A stretch of 64,000 nucleotides of DNA from Phoronis australis (taxonomy: Eukaryota; Animalia; Phoronida), in contig NMRA01000118.1 of NCBI GenBank assembly GCA_002633005.1, positions 248,707-312,706 on the forward strand, given 5' to 3'. Position 1 is the first letter of the stretch; each line of letters opens with the position of its first letter. The position numbers and the translations under genes were made by a program. Below are positions 54,001 through 61,800 of the stretch, in pieces. The notes under the pieces are model-generated. The model did no database searches. It saw nothing but the letters and a program-made list of their open reading frames with translations, and was not told the origin of the DNA.

Positions 54001-54756
54001 GCCAGACTGTGAACCAATTGCACAATTGAACAGTCCCGCGACTTCGGCATTGTGACTGGGCTTTACAAACCATGGAGACCAACATCAGTCAAGAAAACAT
54101 ATTTAATTAGTAATTGCAGTGGCGGTATGCTTTTCTTGTCACATGAAGTAAAAGGCATCAAGCAGACCCTCATTAATTTTGAGGGCTTGACATGCAGCTG
54201 TATGGTGGTCGAACTTTACACAGTAAACACTGTACCAGTGTTGCATTTAAACTCAATCCCTGGGGTCGGTTTTATAAAAAACTATTAAAATAACTTTACA
54301 CTTGGTCATAATTTCCAAAAAACAATTTAATCTCAGAGCAGCAAATGTCGTAACAGTCCGTAAATGCTATAGTCAGATCTTTTAACTGCTGGAGATTTAT
54401 TCAGTTTCTCTTCAATTAAATTCTTTCACTCTCACTTATAATCGTGTGCATCTTTTTACCTGGATTTAGACAGTATCGTGGCTGACTTAACGGGAACTCC
54501 AGACCACCAGAAGGACATCGGCAAGCTGCCTCAGCACCGTAGACTGTCGGCCAACTATAAATAACAACAGGCACGTCTTCACACACTGCGCCTGTCGTTG
54601 AACAGATGCTGGTTTTACTGCAGTGGCATTCCATGCGCTTGCCAGGAAACTTCAGCTCACCCATACTGTACATTACACTGGCATTTGTGCACACCGCATT
54701 GGAAACTCCGTACAGCAGACAATCACTGTCTTTGGAGCACTGAGCGCGAAAGGAAT
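1..54756 (-). CDS. Giant multi-exon modular extracellular protein (Cys-rich + 3x helical repeat module + SEA-like + Cys repeats + IPT-like + REJ; polycystin-1/REJ-like), partial at both ends; 34 exons listed separately
   Basis: 34 exons with AG/GT boundaries join with matching intron phases and no in-frame stop (summed length 5730 nt). REJ-type motifs include P.VKISGS..IAQC..LQYTW, YTFTVTVTN.F, VTVTVQSLPLKAVIQG and SSDPNG...TYLWEC. Confidence 0.88.
1675..2400 (+). mobile_element. Decayed Penelope-like retroelement 3' part (RT C-terminus + GIY-YIG endonuclease)
   Basis: IPYVKGVSD.L.R.FK...HKP..LRSQLV.VKD...K..V.Y..QC....IY, then after frameshifts H....GHDFD...VTILDCEEDW and NKQGGL; multiple stops and frameshifts. 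Confidence 0.85.
2461..2565. repeat. 22-bp tandem repeat (ccaatgtggcatcagggggcaa), about 5 copies
   Basis: Direct inspection; copies start at 2492, 2514 and 2536, with degenerate copies upstream. Confidence 0.9.
2888..2995 (-). CDS. Exon (1-1): DYATFDISKVEITEFIEKSTTNSQEKKYRCVLKIAK
   Basis: TTTCTTTTCAG acceptor, GTAATT donor, 108 nt. Confidence 0.85.
5620..5755 (-). CDS. Exon (0-1): IRPRGVIRTGEVSVRAGKQLFGRFLISSRSPVLRSGIVYSLDTGA
   Basis: TTCACAG acceptor, GTACTG donor, 136 nt, GC-richer than flanks. Confidence 0.8.
5830..6250. repeat. Degenerate ~28-30-bp minisatellite (ccccactcaggacatattaccaatgag)
   Basis: Recurrent ccactcagga / ttaccaatg cores. Confidence 0.85.
6680..6795 (-). mobile_element. 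tRNA-derived SINE head
   Basis: Minus strand GGAGGCAGTATCGCCTGGTGTGATAGG...GGTCGTGGGTTCAAGTCCC (A-box-like + B box); no intact cloverleaf. Confidence 0.6.
6958..7346. repeat. 56-bp tandem repeat, 7 copies, made of the exon 3' end plus splice donor
   Basis: Unit aactcttacccgcgcaggcttgccagctaccatagtcattatgatggacttggtat at 6958, 7014, 7070, 7126, 7182, 7238 and 7294. Confidence 0.97.
7303..7497 (-). CDS. Exon (0-0), REJ: IDDSDQYLASIALD...GRYQLSLTVAKD...MVAGKPPR
   Basis: TTCCAG acceptor, GTAAGA donor, 195 nt. Confidence 0.9.
7767..7853. repeat. 41-bp tandem duplication spanning the exon 7837 donor
   Basis: ccatatgttccccctga..gctacatacagcgctacattc at 7767 and 7808. Confidence 0.93.
7837..7952 (-). 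CDS. Exon (1-0), REJ: LKKRRVGIDDGIIEFSGEESSDPNGYSDDMTYLWECSA
   Basis: CTTGCAG acceptor, GTATGT donor, 116 nt; S-x-D-P...Y-x-W-x-C REJ/PKD hallmark. Confidence 0.9.
8838..8948 (-). CDS. Exon (1-1), REJ: AGSTTVFTLTIEASGTTPIIQSVTVTVQSLPLKAVIQG
   Basis: TTTGCAG acceptor, GTGAGT donor, 111 nt. Confidence 0.9.
9760..9980. mobile_element. MITE family A (short copy), TIR CAGGGCTTGGAAT, 6-bp TSD acatgt/acatgc
   Basis: cagggcttggaat...attccaaaccctg. Confidence 0.8.
10000..10142 (-). CDS. Exon (2-1), REJ: IRIESTIRKPSCAKFGRVTYTWSS...LKKRSLP
   Basis: TTTCCAG acceptor, GTTGGT donor, 143 nt. Confidence 0.83.
11382..11900. mobile_element. MITE family A (~520 bp), TSD cttatg/cttatt, nested in an older element (~11323-12241)
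   Basis: High similarity to 16747-17256 over its full length; TIRs gagggcttggaat / attccaagctttg. Confidence 0.88.
12308..12500 (-). CDS. Exon (1-2), REJ: ...ATYTFTVTVTNVFNKSASAQH...
   Basis: TTTTGCAG acceptor, GTAATG donor, 193 nt. Confidence 0.88.
13239..13517 (-). CDS. Exon (1-1), start of REJ module: ...VPVVKISGSATIAQCPGSKL...RPLQYTWTV
   Basis: GCAG acceptor, GTAAGT donor, 279 nt. Confidence 0.88.
14152..14304 (-). CDS. Exon (1-1): DCRLAIVSDLPIDRTNLESCSK...KCSFVSKNVVTIENSILKP
   Basis: TTTTTGCAG acceptor, GTATGA donor, 153 nt. Confidence 0.87.
15042..15239 (-). CDS. Exon (1-1), IPT-like: ELENGRKLSMSGSVKTKVLTCSVP...YTVYCKAPTILSVTLKS
   Basis: AACAG acceptor, GTGAGT donor, 198 nt. Confidence 0.83.
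16004..16126 (-). CDS. Exon (1-1): GIVYKRVDSIDEYTISCGEKNTVKVEIEFAKETAPPTGCLI
   Basis: CTTTCAG acceptor, GTAAGT donor, 123 nt. Confidence 0.85.
16747..17256. mobile_element. MITE family A, perfect 13-bp TIR, exact 6-bp TSD tcactt
   Basis: tcactt|cagggcttggaat...attccaagccctg|tcactt. Confidence 0.92.
17529..17754 (-). CDS. Exon (0-1), IPT/TIG-like: EFMVIGGGFDADSKCVF...LKCEATLVAGVYELTVKF
   Basis: TTGTAG acceptor, GTATGA donor, 226 nt; V-x-G-x-x-F...C-x-F...L-x-C pattern. Confidence 0.88.
18964..19066 (-). CDS. Exon (2-0): GKQKDACGVCGGDGSSCTAVVSVFPLAVPAGVKQ
   Basis: TTTTACAG acceptor, GTCAGT donor, 103 nt; DxCGVCGGDGSSC motif followed by the start of an IPT-like domain. Confidence 0.88.
19944..20097 (-). 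CDS. Exon (1-2), Cys repeat CYKCVGG...DVCGMCGGNGSSCKDCDGVPNG
   Basis: TTTTTCAG acceptor, GTAAGT donor, 154 nt. Confidence 0.9.
20445..20624 (-). CDS. Exon (1-1), Cys repeat RDCANVCNGTRKNDTCGKC...KDCAGTC
   Basis: CTGCAG acceptor, GTAAGC donor, 180 nt. Confidence 0.9.
21053..21268 (-). CDS. Exon (1-1), Cys repeat KDCAGVCNGEAVVNDCGLCVLGTTG
   Basis: CCTCAG acceptor, GTAAGT donor, 216 nt. Confidence 0.9.
21506..21657 (-). CDS. Exon (2-1), SEA-like second half: KINDNLVRVTYGGIFNKLGEQKIKEQL...YAYSS
   Basis: TTTTTGCAG acceptor, GTGAGT donor, 152 nt. Confidence 0.83.
22517..23384 (-). mobile_element. Helentron/HINE-like non-autonomous element with internal tandem sub-repeats
   Basis: Same ends as the 33917-35400 copy (aaacaac...gaaatg.gctcacgaatgcattgc; ccacatataaatatgtgggtgcataaaa). 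Confidence 0.7.
23564..23729 (-). CDS. Exon (1-2), SEA-like domain first half: ERVDVFVDVVKAFDSSLLNKDLFPHVQMCHLMRQSLLKAM...CEIT
   Basis: TTTGTTTCAG acceptor, GTTAGT donor, 166 nt; F-x-S-x-L-x-N followed by an amphipathic helix is typical of SEA domains. Confidence 0.82.
24550..24906 (-). CDS. Exon (1-1), unassigned domain DCSSLSLYYDEPKDQW...KPFVFYT
   Basis: TTTCAG acceptor, GTACGT donor, 357 nt open. Confidence 0.88.
25138..25284 (-). CDS. Possible optional exon (1-1): DNSGLRSLPAWQYWTQAFYYLVHSKCYKKCSVSTARCITETECYFCVDL
   Basis: Open Cys-rich frame with GTAATC donor; acceptor weak and ambiguous (25284 or 25275); not required for phase continuity. Confidence 0.35.
26586..26612 (-). CDS. Micro-exon (1-1): GIREPCVKR
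   Basis: Strong T-tract TTTTTTTTAG acceptor and GTAAGA donor; 27 nt, frame-preserving. Confidence 0.65.
27024..27181 (-). CDS. Exon, module 3d (2-1): VIDCVFRFVKASLPGIRWKMLNNV...VDNMIQ
   Basis: TTGTAG acceptor, GTACGT donor, 158 nt. Confidence 0.82.
28465..28679 (-). CDS. Exon, module 3c (0-2): MFQKYDGQTFDETAFLEELRESV...ANTACVGTD
   Basis: TTTCAAG acceptor, GTAAGT donor, 215 nt. Confidence 0.86.
29007..29189 (-). CDS. Exon, module 3b (0-0): LAKFTKALQHDDACVQ...LVCGLDTAKLETELAGLAANDKMVKALYQL
   Basis: TTGCAG acceptor, GTAAGC donor, 183 nt. Confidence 0.88.
29803..29930 (-). CDS. Exon, module 3a (1-0): GSLNYLSTVFANTVEMKKIVDLLTQQLPTVFEKAALVAVDHVK
   Basis: CTGTCAG acceptor, GTATGT donor, 128 nt. 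Confidence 0.87.
30801..32728. mobile_element. ~1.9-kb non-autonomous TIR element, TIR CAGGG(A/G)TA(T/C)AC, 5-bp TSD cactg
   Basis: cactg|cagggatatac...gtgtacccctg|cactg; subterminal gggcgagtag / cactcgccc repeats at both ends. Confidence 0.7.
32786..32928 (-). CDS. Exon, module 2d (2-1): LLQDNLKKMLVYVRLPIPNTLTAEQNVAFLNVHDVVILVKELLKGLG
   Basis: TTTTTTCCTAG acceptor, GTGAGT donor, 143 nt. Confidence 0.85.
33917..35400 (-). mobile_element. Helentron/HINE-like element (complete-looking copy)
   Basis: Asymmetric subterminal inverted repeat atgcgcccac (33943) / gtgggcgcat (35387), terminal hairpins, A-run flanks, internal array of related sub-units. Confidence 0.72.
35715..37440 (+). mobile_element. 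Decayed L1/Tx1-type LINE RT fragment, interrupted by a nested insertion
   Basis: RPISLLNCD, LIHPDQT, IFLDFKKAY, GLRQGDPLS, QYADDT, SGLHLNPEKS, IRGFIWRGK; many stops and frameshifts. Confidence 0.92.
36010..36510 (-). mobile_element. 5'-truncated non-LTR retrotransposon 3' end (CCHC knuckle), nested antisense in the L1/Tx1 fragment
   Basis: LIQVITGHCNL...CPNCGLEAETPQHLVEICP, the C-terminal motif of I/LOA/R1-group LINEs; the L1 frame resumes after it (IQILYNKASA). Confidence 0.8.
37577..37779 (-). CDS. Exon, module 2c (0-2): LMTPSYAYPVRFEPPKLLEDIRTFV...YARVFGNL
   Basis: TTTCAG acceptor, GTGAGT donor, 203 nt. Confidence 0.88.
38569..38778 (-). CDS. Exon, module 2b (0-0): MHDMLDKVLDALFSDSKDMCTD...LFCKDLVYGALWRELGLHKVMDELKMW
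   Basis: TTGTAG acceptor, GTATGT donor, 210 nt. Confidence 0.87.
39440..41000. repeat. Compound minisatellite block: degenerate ~21-bp aacaagtgttccctacctgct arrays flanking a 24-bp array (gtgaaagactacgcagtcacacga, ~15 copies, 39913-40270) and a gtgccctgccagtcaacaactgt array
   Basis: Direct inspection; produces the spurious VKDYAVTR and FHSCDCVV ORFs. Confidence 0.93.
41091..41224 (-). CDS. Exon, module 2a (1-0): EFTSSEDIIGNFKKLPQMKKVMDMMDKLPHIVSAFGQLSLSNPKK
   Basis: TTCAG acceptor, GTAAGG donor, 134 nt. Confidence 0.87.
41905..42025. repeat. ~20-bp tandem repeat (cattaaatgacacgttgtga)
   Basis: About 6 degenerate copies. Confidence 0.85.
42420..42815. mobile_element. Dispersed ~400-bp repeat family B (other copies ~44940-45370 and ~51815-52240; partial ~15810-15900)
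   Basis: Shared blocks accagtttgc, tgttgtagttaatta.attgcctc, gggggtga, ttttgaattttga, ccaaacca.caggcagcag. Confidence 0.75.
43100..44190 (-). mobile_element. HINE-like element, diverged copy
   Basis: Ends in cccacatgtacatgtgggagcataa; same internal sub-units. Confidence 0.6.
44487..44608 (-). CDS. Exon, module 1d (2-1): KSDNLLKWLTSLGQCEQMREFVSKGHDSLRHAMFMMNKVL
   Basis: TGCAG acceptor, GTAGGT donor, 122 nt. Confidence 0.85.
45662..45885 (-). CDS. Exon, module 1c (0-2): LMNMDTVTHVELETIADNMKSFL...VFNTFSDL
   Basis: Polypyrimidine CACAG acceptor, GTAAGT donor, 224 nt. Confidence 0.88.
46325..48595 (-). mobile_element. HINE-like element (46325-47854) plus adjoining truncated tandem copy
   Basis: aaacaagagcaacgcggagtgttgaaatgcacccacgaatgca...catataaatatgtgggcgcataaaa, followed by further units. 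Confidence 0.75.
50644..50850 (-). CDS. Exon, module 1b (0-0): LCDWMSCSNRAKMCSDINVF...LICKVLSINLTQLYMDLTRDTRMVKDLFKM
   Basis: TTCACAG acceptor, GTAAGT donor, 207 nt. Confidence 0.85.
50945..51030 (-). mobile_element. tRNA-derived SINE head / tRNA pseudogene
   Basis: Minus strand ...GCACGGTTCGTAGGAAGTCCCAGGTTCGAGTCCCGGTTAGG with a clean B box; 5' half degenerate. Confidence 0.6.
52250..53030 (-). mobile_element. HINE-like element, diverged copy
   Basis: Same sub-units (gccactagggggcac, aatttcatga, ggagatacag). Confidence 0.55.
53269..53396 (-). CDS. Exon, helical module 1a (phase 1-0): GFSDWFKHSVPQLGFMSELIEKTPAVLESFMWTYLSIMKDGGK
   Basis: GTAG acceptor, GTATG donor, 128 nt; phase fits neighbours. 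Confidence 0.85.
54460..54756 (-). CDS. Exon (phase 1-1): Cys-rich module DSFRAQCSKDSDCLLYGVSNAVC...RYCLNP
   Basis: GCAG acceptor, GTAAAA donor, 297 nt open, 10 Cys. Confidence 0.85.
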
Positions 54757-54929
54757 CTGCAAGACAAGATTACTCGAGGATGAATAACATGTAATGTATA
54801 ACATTAATTGCCATCAACCATAAACATTCATCAGTTACAACACAAATTGCTAAGTTGATTACCGGTATTTTTCAGTTTTCAAAGGCTTGCTATAGAACTG
54901 CACATGCTAAAAACAGTTGCATAGTAACA

Positions 54930-55160
54930 GCTGCAGACCAGGTCAGTAACACAATGCATTGTATAGTGCATATCAGTAACACAATGCATTGTATAGACCA
55001 TGTCAGTAACACAATGCATTGTTTAGTGCATATCAGTAACAGGATGAATTGTATAGACTAGGTCAATAACACAATACATTGTATAGACCAGGTCAGTAAC
55101 ACATTGCATTGTATAGACCAGGTCAGTAACACAATGCATTGTATAGACCATGTCACTAAG
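54930..55160. repeat. 30-bp minisatellite (gtatagaccaggtcagtaacacaatgcatt), about 7 copies
   Basis: Direct inspection. Confidence 0.92.
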
Positions 55161-56306
55161 AAAACTGTATTGCATAGATGTCAATACCAAACTTTTGGTA
55201 TGACAAAATGAAGTTCCATTTGTACCTTTACAACCAGGGTGTTTTGGCCATTTAAAAGAATACCGGTACTCGTTTCTATTGGCAATTTAAGGACAGGTTT
55301 TTTATGTAATAGCATACAACTCTAGGTATCAAATCTCAACTTGTATCATGTGCAGTCGAAGCTATGCCGTGTATGCGTGGGTATATAGTTGTTTACATTC
55401 ATTTCTGATGTTGTTTCTTGCTATGGAATACAGGGCCTAGGGCTTAGAATTTTTGTTTAGTACAAAAGAAGTAAGTTTAGAACTGGTATCACTAAAAACT
55501 TCTTCCGAATAAATAGCATCAGTATTTTAGGAACATTTTGTATTCTAATGGTCCCTAACACTGTCAAGCAGATTATCATCTACTTGCAATTTGGCGATTC
55601 AGGAAGCTAGCCATGGGCACTACCACTGCCTGACTGATAGGTCTAATCTAGGACCAATATATTACTCCCAGGTCTAATGTACAACCATCTCTAAAGACAC
55701 AATACGATACCAAAATCACATAATTATTTGGTATGTAAGAACACTAGCAATTCCTACTCATACTCACTCGAAACATTCTGTTTATGACTTATCATTAAGC
55801 GTTTCAGAGAGAAAAATATTTCAAAAAATAAGTTGTGTAATTTAAATTAGGCGTACAATTTACCTATGGTAGGTCGGATGCGTTTTTTCAAAGCTCATTT
55901 AATCCCTGAGACATTACAATGGCTAAAGCTACATATTAAAATGAAGACCTATTGAGTACAGATAGCCAATGTATAATTCCTGAGGTCTCAGACCAAGCGC
56001 TGCGTTAATGAACGCACAAATCTCACACATGCTACGTTTGGCACCAAACGAGGCCACATTAAACGTTTTACAGGCAATTATTATTTTGCATTATTTTTTC
56101 ATTACTAATAGTGATAACTTCATGATTGTTAACTCATTAAATGATGACACAAGCTAACGGGTTCGAGATGAAATCAGTCTTCAAATTGAAATAAATCAAG
56201 TTGGCATTGACATTTGCAGTACATTGACCTAAAGAAAATTAGGCAAGATTGCGACAGAAATTCACTCACTGGTAAAGCTAGGATTAATGGTGCTCAGGTC
56301 TTACTA

Positions 56307-56682
56307 ACGGGTTTTCCGTAGATAAGCCCACCCGATGAAACGCCCATGGGCGTTTATTTGGAAAATTATGCCAAATACACACCCATGGGCATTTATTTGG
56401 TGTTACAACTTGTGGTGTCAAGTCTCCAGACAGTGGGGCGTTCATTTGGAAATTTTCCTCTTAAAAGAACACTCAGCGTCAGTTTTGTGGAGCATTTATC
56501 ATTTATAAAAACGAACAAGGTATTTTAAGTAAAATAGTGTCAAGTCAAGCAAAACTATGGCTTTCCATTTACACGCCCCCTTTTTTGAATAAATGGCGGG
56601 CGATTATTCGATATTGCTAAAACACTTCAAAATTTTTGTTTTCCTAATACATACCCATGGGCTTATCTCCGAAAATTCCCGG
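56307..56682. mobile_element. Tc1/mariner-type MITE with TA flanks
   Basis: ta|acgggttttccgtagataagccca...tgggcttatctccgaaaattcccgg|ta imperfect TIRs. Confidence 0.65.
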
Positions 56683-57779
56683 TAGTGAATGTATGCTTGA
56701 CAATGAATGAGAATTTGGATATAATGTAAAAACAACTTCTGGAGCAGTGCTAAAAAACAAAACATAAGATGTTGCCAACCTCCTCTAGCACCCATCATCA
56801 CACAGTCTGATATGAATTTGTCATTTACATGGAGCATATCCGCTTGTATTGACTCTCATGCAAGGAGTTCAGGCAGCTCATTTTCATATATCTTTTGTGC
56901 TGCTTATAGCACAAGGACCATACATGTGACCTGACAACAATTGAGAAGACTGCTTTCATTATCACTCAAGCAGCGGAAGTCAATTTAATTTTGACATGTG
57001 TAAACCCCGAGTCAAAGTGAACTAATTTTCACAACTCAAACACCAATTTCGGTTATTTGTTTTCGTTCTACATACTTGTGAAATCTCTAATTCTTGAAAA
57101 TGCGCAAGTTTTTCCAAAGCAAAATTACATATTTGTTTATTACATTTTATGACCCAGGTTGTGGCTAGACATGGCCTGCAGGTGTAGAAGTCAGTGTAAA
57201 TAACAAATGAATTTACTGTCCATCCAGACTAACATTTCTGCATCTTGTGTGGCCAAGTACTTATTCAAGTGGTTGAATGTGAATAATATACAAATACTTA
57301 GCATTTTATAAGATTATTGTCATCTTATCACCAATTTATGTATGTATTAGAATTACTGCTTGATCAATCATGTTTCCTACACAAGAGAGACCTTTGACCT
57401 TTCTATCTACTTCCTGCCAAAGCCAAGTTGAAGATGGCATCTAATAGATGGAATTCTAGCAAGAATCCATGTTTGTTTATTGTCCCCAACAACCATTCAT
57501 AATTTCATAACATTGGTCACCATGGTGACTGATCAACCATGGTGCACACAGAATGCTTAGTCTTCACCTGTTCAGCACACAACATGATGGTGGACAAGTG
57601 AAATTTCGTTATGTCCAAATTTTGCTACAAAAATAAAGATTAAGAAAATTTTAGACAGTTGTCAGCTTGTTTATACTGCATGTGTAGATGGACAACAAGA
57701 TTTGAGTAAGTTTCCATTATTTGCAGCAAGCTATAATCAGACATTAAAAATTGAAATTTGACATTTAACTGAACCGTTC

Positions 57780-58890
57780 ATACCGGCTTTGCTAGTTAAC
57801 GTATGCTCTATTGGTCACAAGAATAGAGAATGAATTTTAAAACCAGAAAAAGCATTGACTTCACCTTCTCCAAATCTATTAATGCTCTCTTCCTTTTTGA
57901 CCCGTCTTATGACCTTAAACTTAATGACGAAATCATTCCTAGAAAACAGTCGCACAGACATCTTGGTATACTGTTAGATAAAAACTCTCATTCACACCTC
58001 ACGTTCGGGATCGAGCTCGTACAAAAACTCAGAAACTAATTAAACCACTTAAGCTTGTCTCTCATCATCTGAATTCTACACATTTAGAAGTTTTGTTCAA
58101 ATCATTTATACTTCCACACATCGATTATTGTGATATCATACATCAGTCGGCCAATACGGGTGCACTCCAACATTTGGAGAAAATACAGTATCAAGCTGCC
58201 TTACTCATAATTGTAGCTTACAGGGGATCCAATAGTGCTGAAGGTTTTGAATAGTCTCAAGTGGCCTAAACTGTCTACTCGAGGCAATCTTCACACGACC
58301 ACATTTACTTTCAAAGAAATAAACAACGTCAACAACATCTCTGTCAAAAACATATTTGATCTATACACTAGACAAGGCCATCGTAGTAATTTGAGATCCT
58401 CCATCCCATATGCAATTCCTCCGTCATTCAGTCAGGCATTCAGAAGGCCTACAGTCATGATGTGCATCAACAACTGGAATTCTCTTTCAGTCTCTGTTAA
58501 GGAAAGCAACTCTTTTACGAGTATAAAAATAATTAGTTTTCCACAATTTTGATAACTCGGCACCCTTAACTCAATTCTCCCTTCCCCGCGATAACGAAAT
58601 AGCATTGTACAGATCAAAATGTGGTCTTTTTCTCAATTCTGACAAGTTTAGGCATAACTTTAGTAATGTTTCTCCAAACTGTAAATGTGGTGACCATCAA
58701 TCTTATCCTCACATTTTCTTCAAATGTCCCCTCATCGAATACCAGAGAGACTCACTCTTTGGTGCACTCAATGAAAACCAATCAATTGTTAACGTTCTCA
58801 ATTCTTGTAATAATATCCCTACTAAAGTTACATTATTATTGAATGGTAGTCCTAACTGCATCACGTGCACGCTAAGATTTTTTTAATGTG
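57780..58890 (+). mobile_element. Decayed CR1-group LINE 3' fragment
   Basis: HRHLGILLD, LFKSFILPHIDYCD, LEKIQYQAA, LKWPKLSTR, NNWNSL, SPNCKCG....HIFFKCP; frameshifted. Confidence 0.88.
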
Positions 58891-61800
58891 GTAATTTGGG
58901 AATCTTTGCATGTGCTAATTGACATAAAACTTATTTTTAATTTGATTAATCATTCGAGCAAAATATAAGCAACTATTTGCGATAATGCCCTTTAATAGTT
59001 GATGCTAACAGTGGCCCCTGGCGATGGGACTGGAGTTGACCGTTCATACTGCACTGCAGCGTCGAAGCTACGCTGTTAAATCCACCTGTTTACTGTTAAC
59101 TTCGATCCTAGTGGACTAAAGCTAACAGCTCATACTGACCACAACTCCCCAAAACATCGACGCATCGTCGTTAGTATAAAAGGGTCGATACAGTACAGAA
59201 CTTTAAAATGATGAAATATTTATTTGGGGCTATATCTTTTGTGAAAAAATAAAAAATAACTTGTATGTCACATCTTATCCTAAACGCGTGCGATTTTCGT
59301 GTAATACAAAGAATATGGTAATTCTCATTACCAATAGTCAATTCATGAGGTTCAGCCACGTCAAAAGTGATGGGTCTCTAGGGCCCACCATCTAATCTTT
59401 TTAGTCAAAATCGAACCCGAAAAAAATATTGGGCATTCACCATTCAAGTTCAATATCAACTCAAGATAATTATCTATCTATAATTCTGTGGTTGAGTATA
59501 TCATGGATAATGCAAGTCATAGTGTATTTCAAATTTGTACTTGATAATCAATAGATTCGTGCAACAAACTTGAGTAAAAACTAAGATTTCGAGTAAAACT
59601 TAAAAATTTGAGTTCAGACTCAAACTTGCTGCTTTTAAAATGCTGGGGTCACCAAGTACAAAATAGGATAACACAGTCATCCAGGTAAACAATGATATAC
59701 TTGAACACAGAAGAGTGTAGACAAACCAAAGTAGGAGAGACAATGGAAAAATAATTTTGAGTTCGATTTCGAGTAAAAAGATTAGACCCGGCCTTTGAGG
59801 AACCGGTACACTGATTGTTTGCTCTCAAAATTTCCATGCCTTGCACTATAGTTATCAGACAGAGAACTTTATACACATTGAGTGGGGAAAGTAAGTGCTG
59901 GCAATACATCACCTGTGATCGATGGAGGTGTACTGTACACAGGTGATAGGATGACCCAGTAATGCATGGGCGGTGCACCATAGGGGGCTGGGGGGCTATA
60001 GAGGACTATAGAGCCCGCTTATTTCAGTGATGCGCCACCCATGGAATGGGAGTGCTCATCCGATTTATATTCCGATTCATAAAACAAAACATACTAAATA
60101 CATGTATGGAAACAGTTACCTGTGATAATATAATAGATTGGAAATAAATAACACTCCCAAATCTGCAGTTATCTCCTTTTCAGTCTTTTGTGTTAATAAG
60201 CAAAATATTGGTTACCAGACCAAAAAATGTGACCTTCGCCTTAGGCCTATAAAGAGCTGAAAACAATGCGGTCAATTAAAGGACAACTTCTTAAAACATA
60301 TGTGTCCAAGTGTATGGAGGACCCACCTGTCTATCCACCCGACAGCACAAAACAAGGGCTCTGGAGAACGACAATGGGCCTTATGTTGTTGAGCAGGGTC
60401 GAAGAAGAACCCTGGATCGGGTATGTATGTGCATACAGCATATACACTACTACACTAGGCAACACTGTAACCCGGCCTCAGCAAGGTGCCTTACCTTGCG
60501 GCGTACACAGGTCACAGATGTAATCGCCCTAAGCAACACGTAGGCCGGTTAGGGGCCCCTGTAATGCCTGGGCTGGGGCATCCAGGACCAGGGCGACGTA
60601 CATTGCCTAGCCTAGGCCGCCCTACCCCTAGGCTATAATCGCCCATGCACAGACTTGCGTTCGCAGCTAAGAGTTGAATCAACAAATTCCCCCTTAACAT
60701 AGTGTTTTTAAGAGCAGTTAATATTCAGAAAAGGCTCTCAACTGAGGTGTCTGCATATAGGACAGACACTACCACCGTCTGAAATGGCCACCGGACGACA
60801 AGAAACAATAACCGATGTTCCCCCCCCCCAAATCTCAGAAAACACGTGCCCAGGCAATGGAAGCCTTTTGAAACAAATTATTGTTGCAGATGGTTCCTAG
60901 GTCAACGGCTCGATGCGTGTCTTAATATCCGTAAATTTACCGTGACGCTCTTCTGTGTGTGAACTTGCAATCCTACTTAACTAATCTCAAGATCGCGTAT
61001 GCGTGAACTAAGAACATTCATCAGTATTGCTCTACGGCATTTTTTGCGTGTGCACACTTTTGGCTCACCCGGGGGGGGGGGGGNNCGGGGGGGGGGGGGC
61101 GGGCTCGAACGAGTCGCCCCGTTTGGCGAAGTGCGGGCAAAATGATCCACCTCAGAGAAACAAAAACTCCGAAAAAGTACAAAACGAGACAAAAGGCCAC
61201 TAAAAAGCCAGGAACGACTAACAAAATTCGGCGAAAGCACAATTCGTAGTCGCTACGTTCCCGCACGTGAATTTCACTGGTAGTAAAAGGTCCACTTTGT
61301 CAGAAATTCGAGAAAGCGTGTCAAATTAATTCGTCGCACAGGCTGAAGACGGCAAAGTCACCTCTCATCTCAGTAAAGGACCAAGTTGAGACCAACTGCC
61401 ATAGCAGTAAATGATATTATAATGAAAGGTTACACGACATTGCCATAACCAGAATGTGTATTTCAGAACTCGAATATTTGATTCGGGTACGTCTTCGATC
61501 TGCCGTATATGGAGGACTTTATAATTGCTGATTGCTAGAAACTCCTAAACTAACTCGTTTTAATTGTGCTGGGAACACACACATACCAATACACGCCGGT
61601 TGTCCAAAACTGAACTATACTTCTCGCGATACAGCTGCGGCCCGTACTGATCCCATTTTTGTTATAGCCATCGCGGCAATGAGTGGTGCTCTGTTTCAGA
61701 AATACTGTATAAATCGGAAATATGGCACAAGAGGGAAATATAGGTGGGTCAGAAAAAACACAAAAGTCGTAAATATGGCGTAAATCAGAATTATGACATC

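Noticed and set aside
61070-61100. Long G-run / potential G-quadruplex
   Set aside because: Contains N bases; homopolymer length is unreliable in the assembly.
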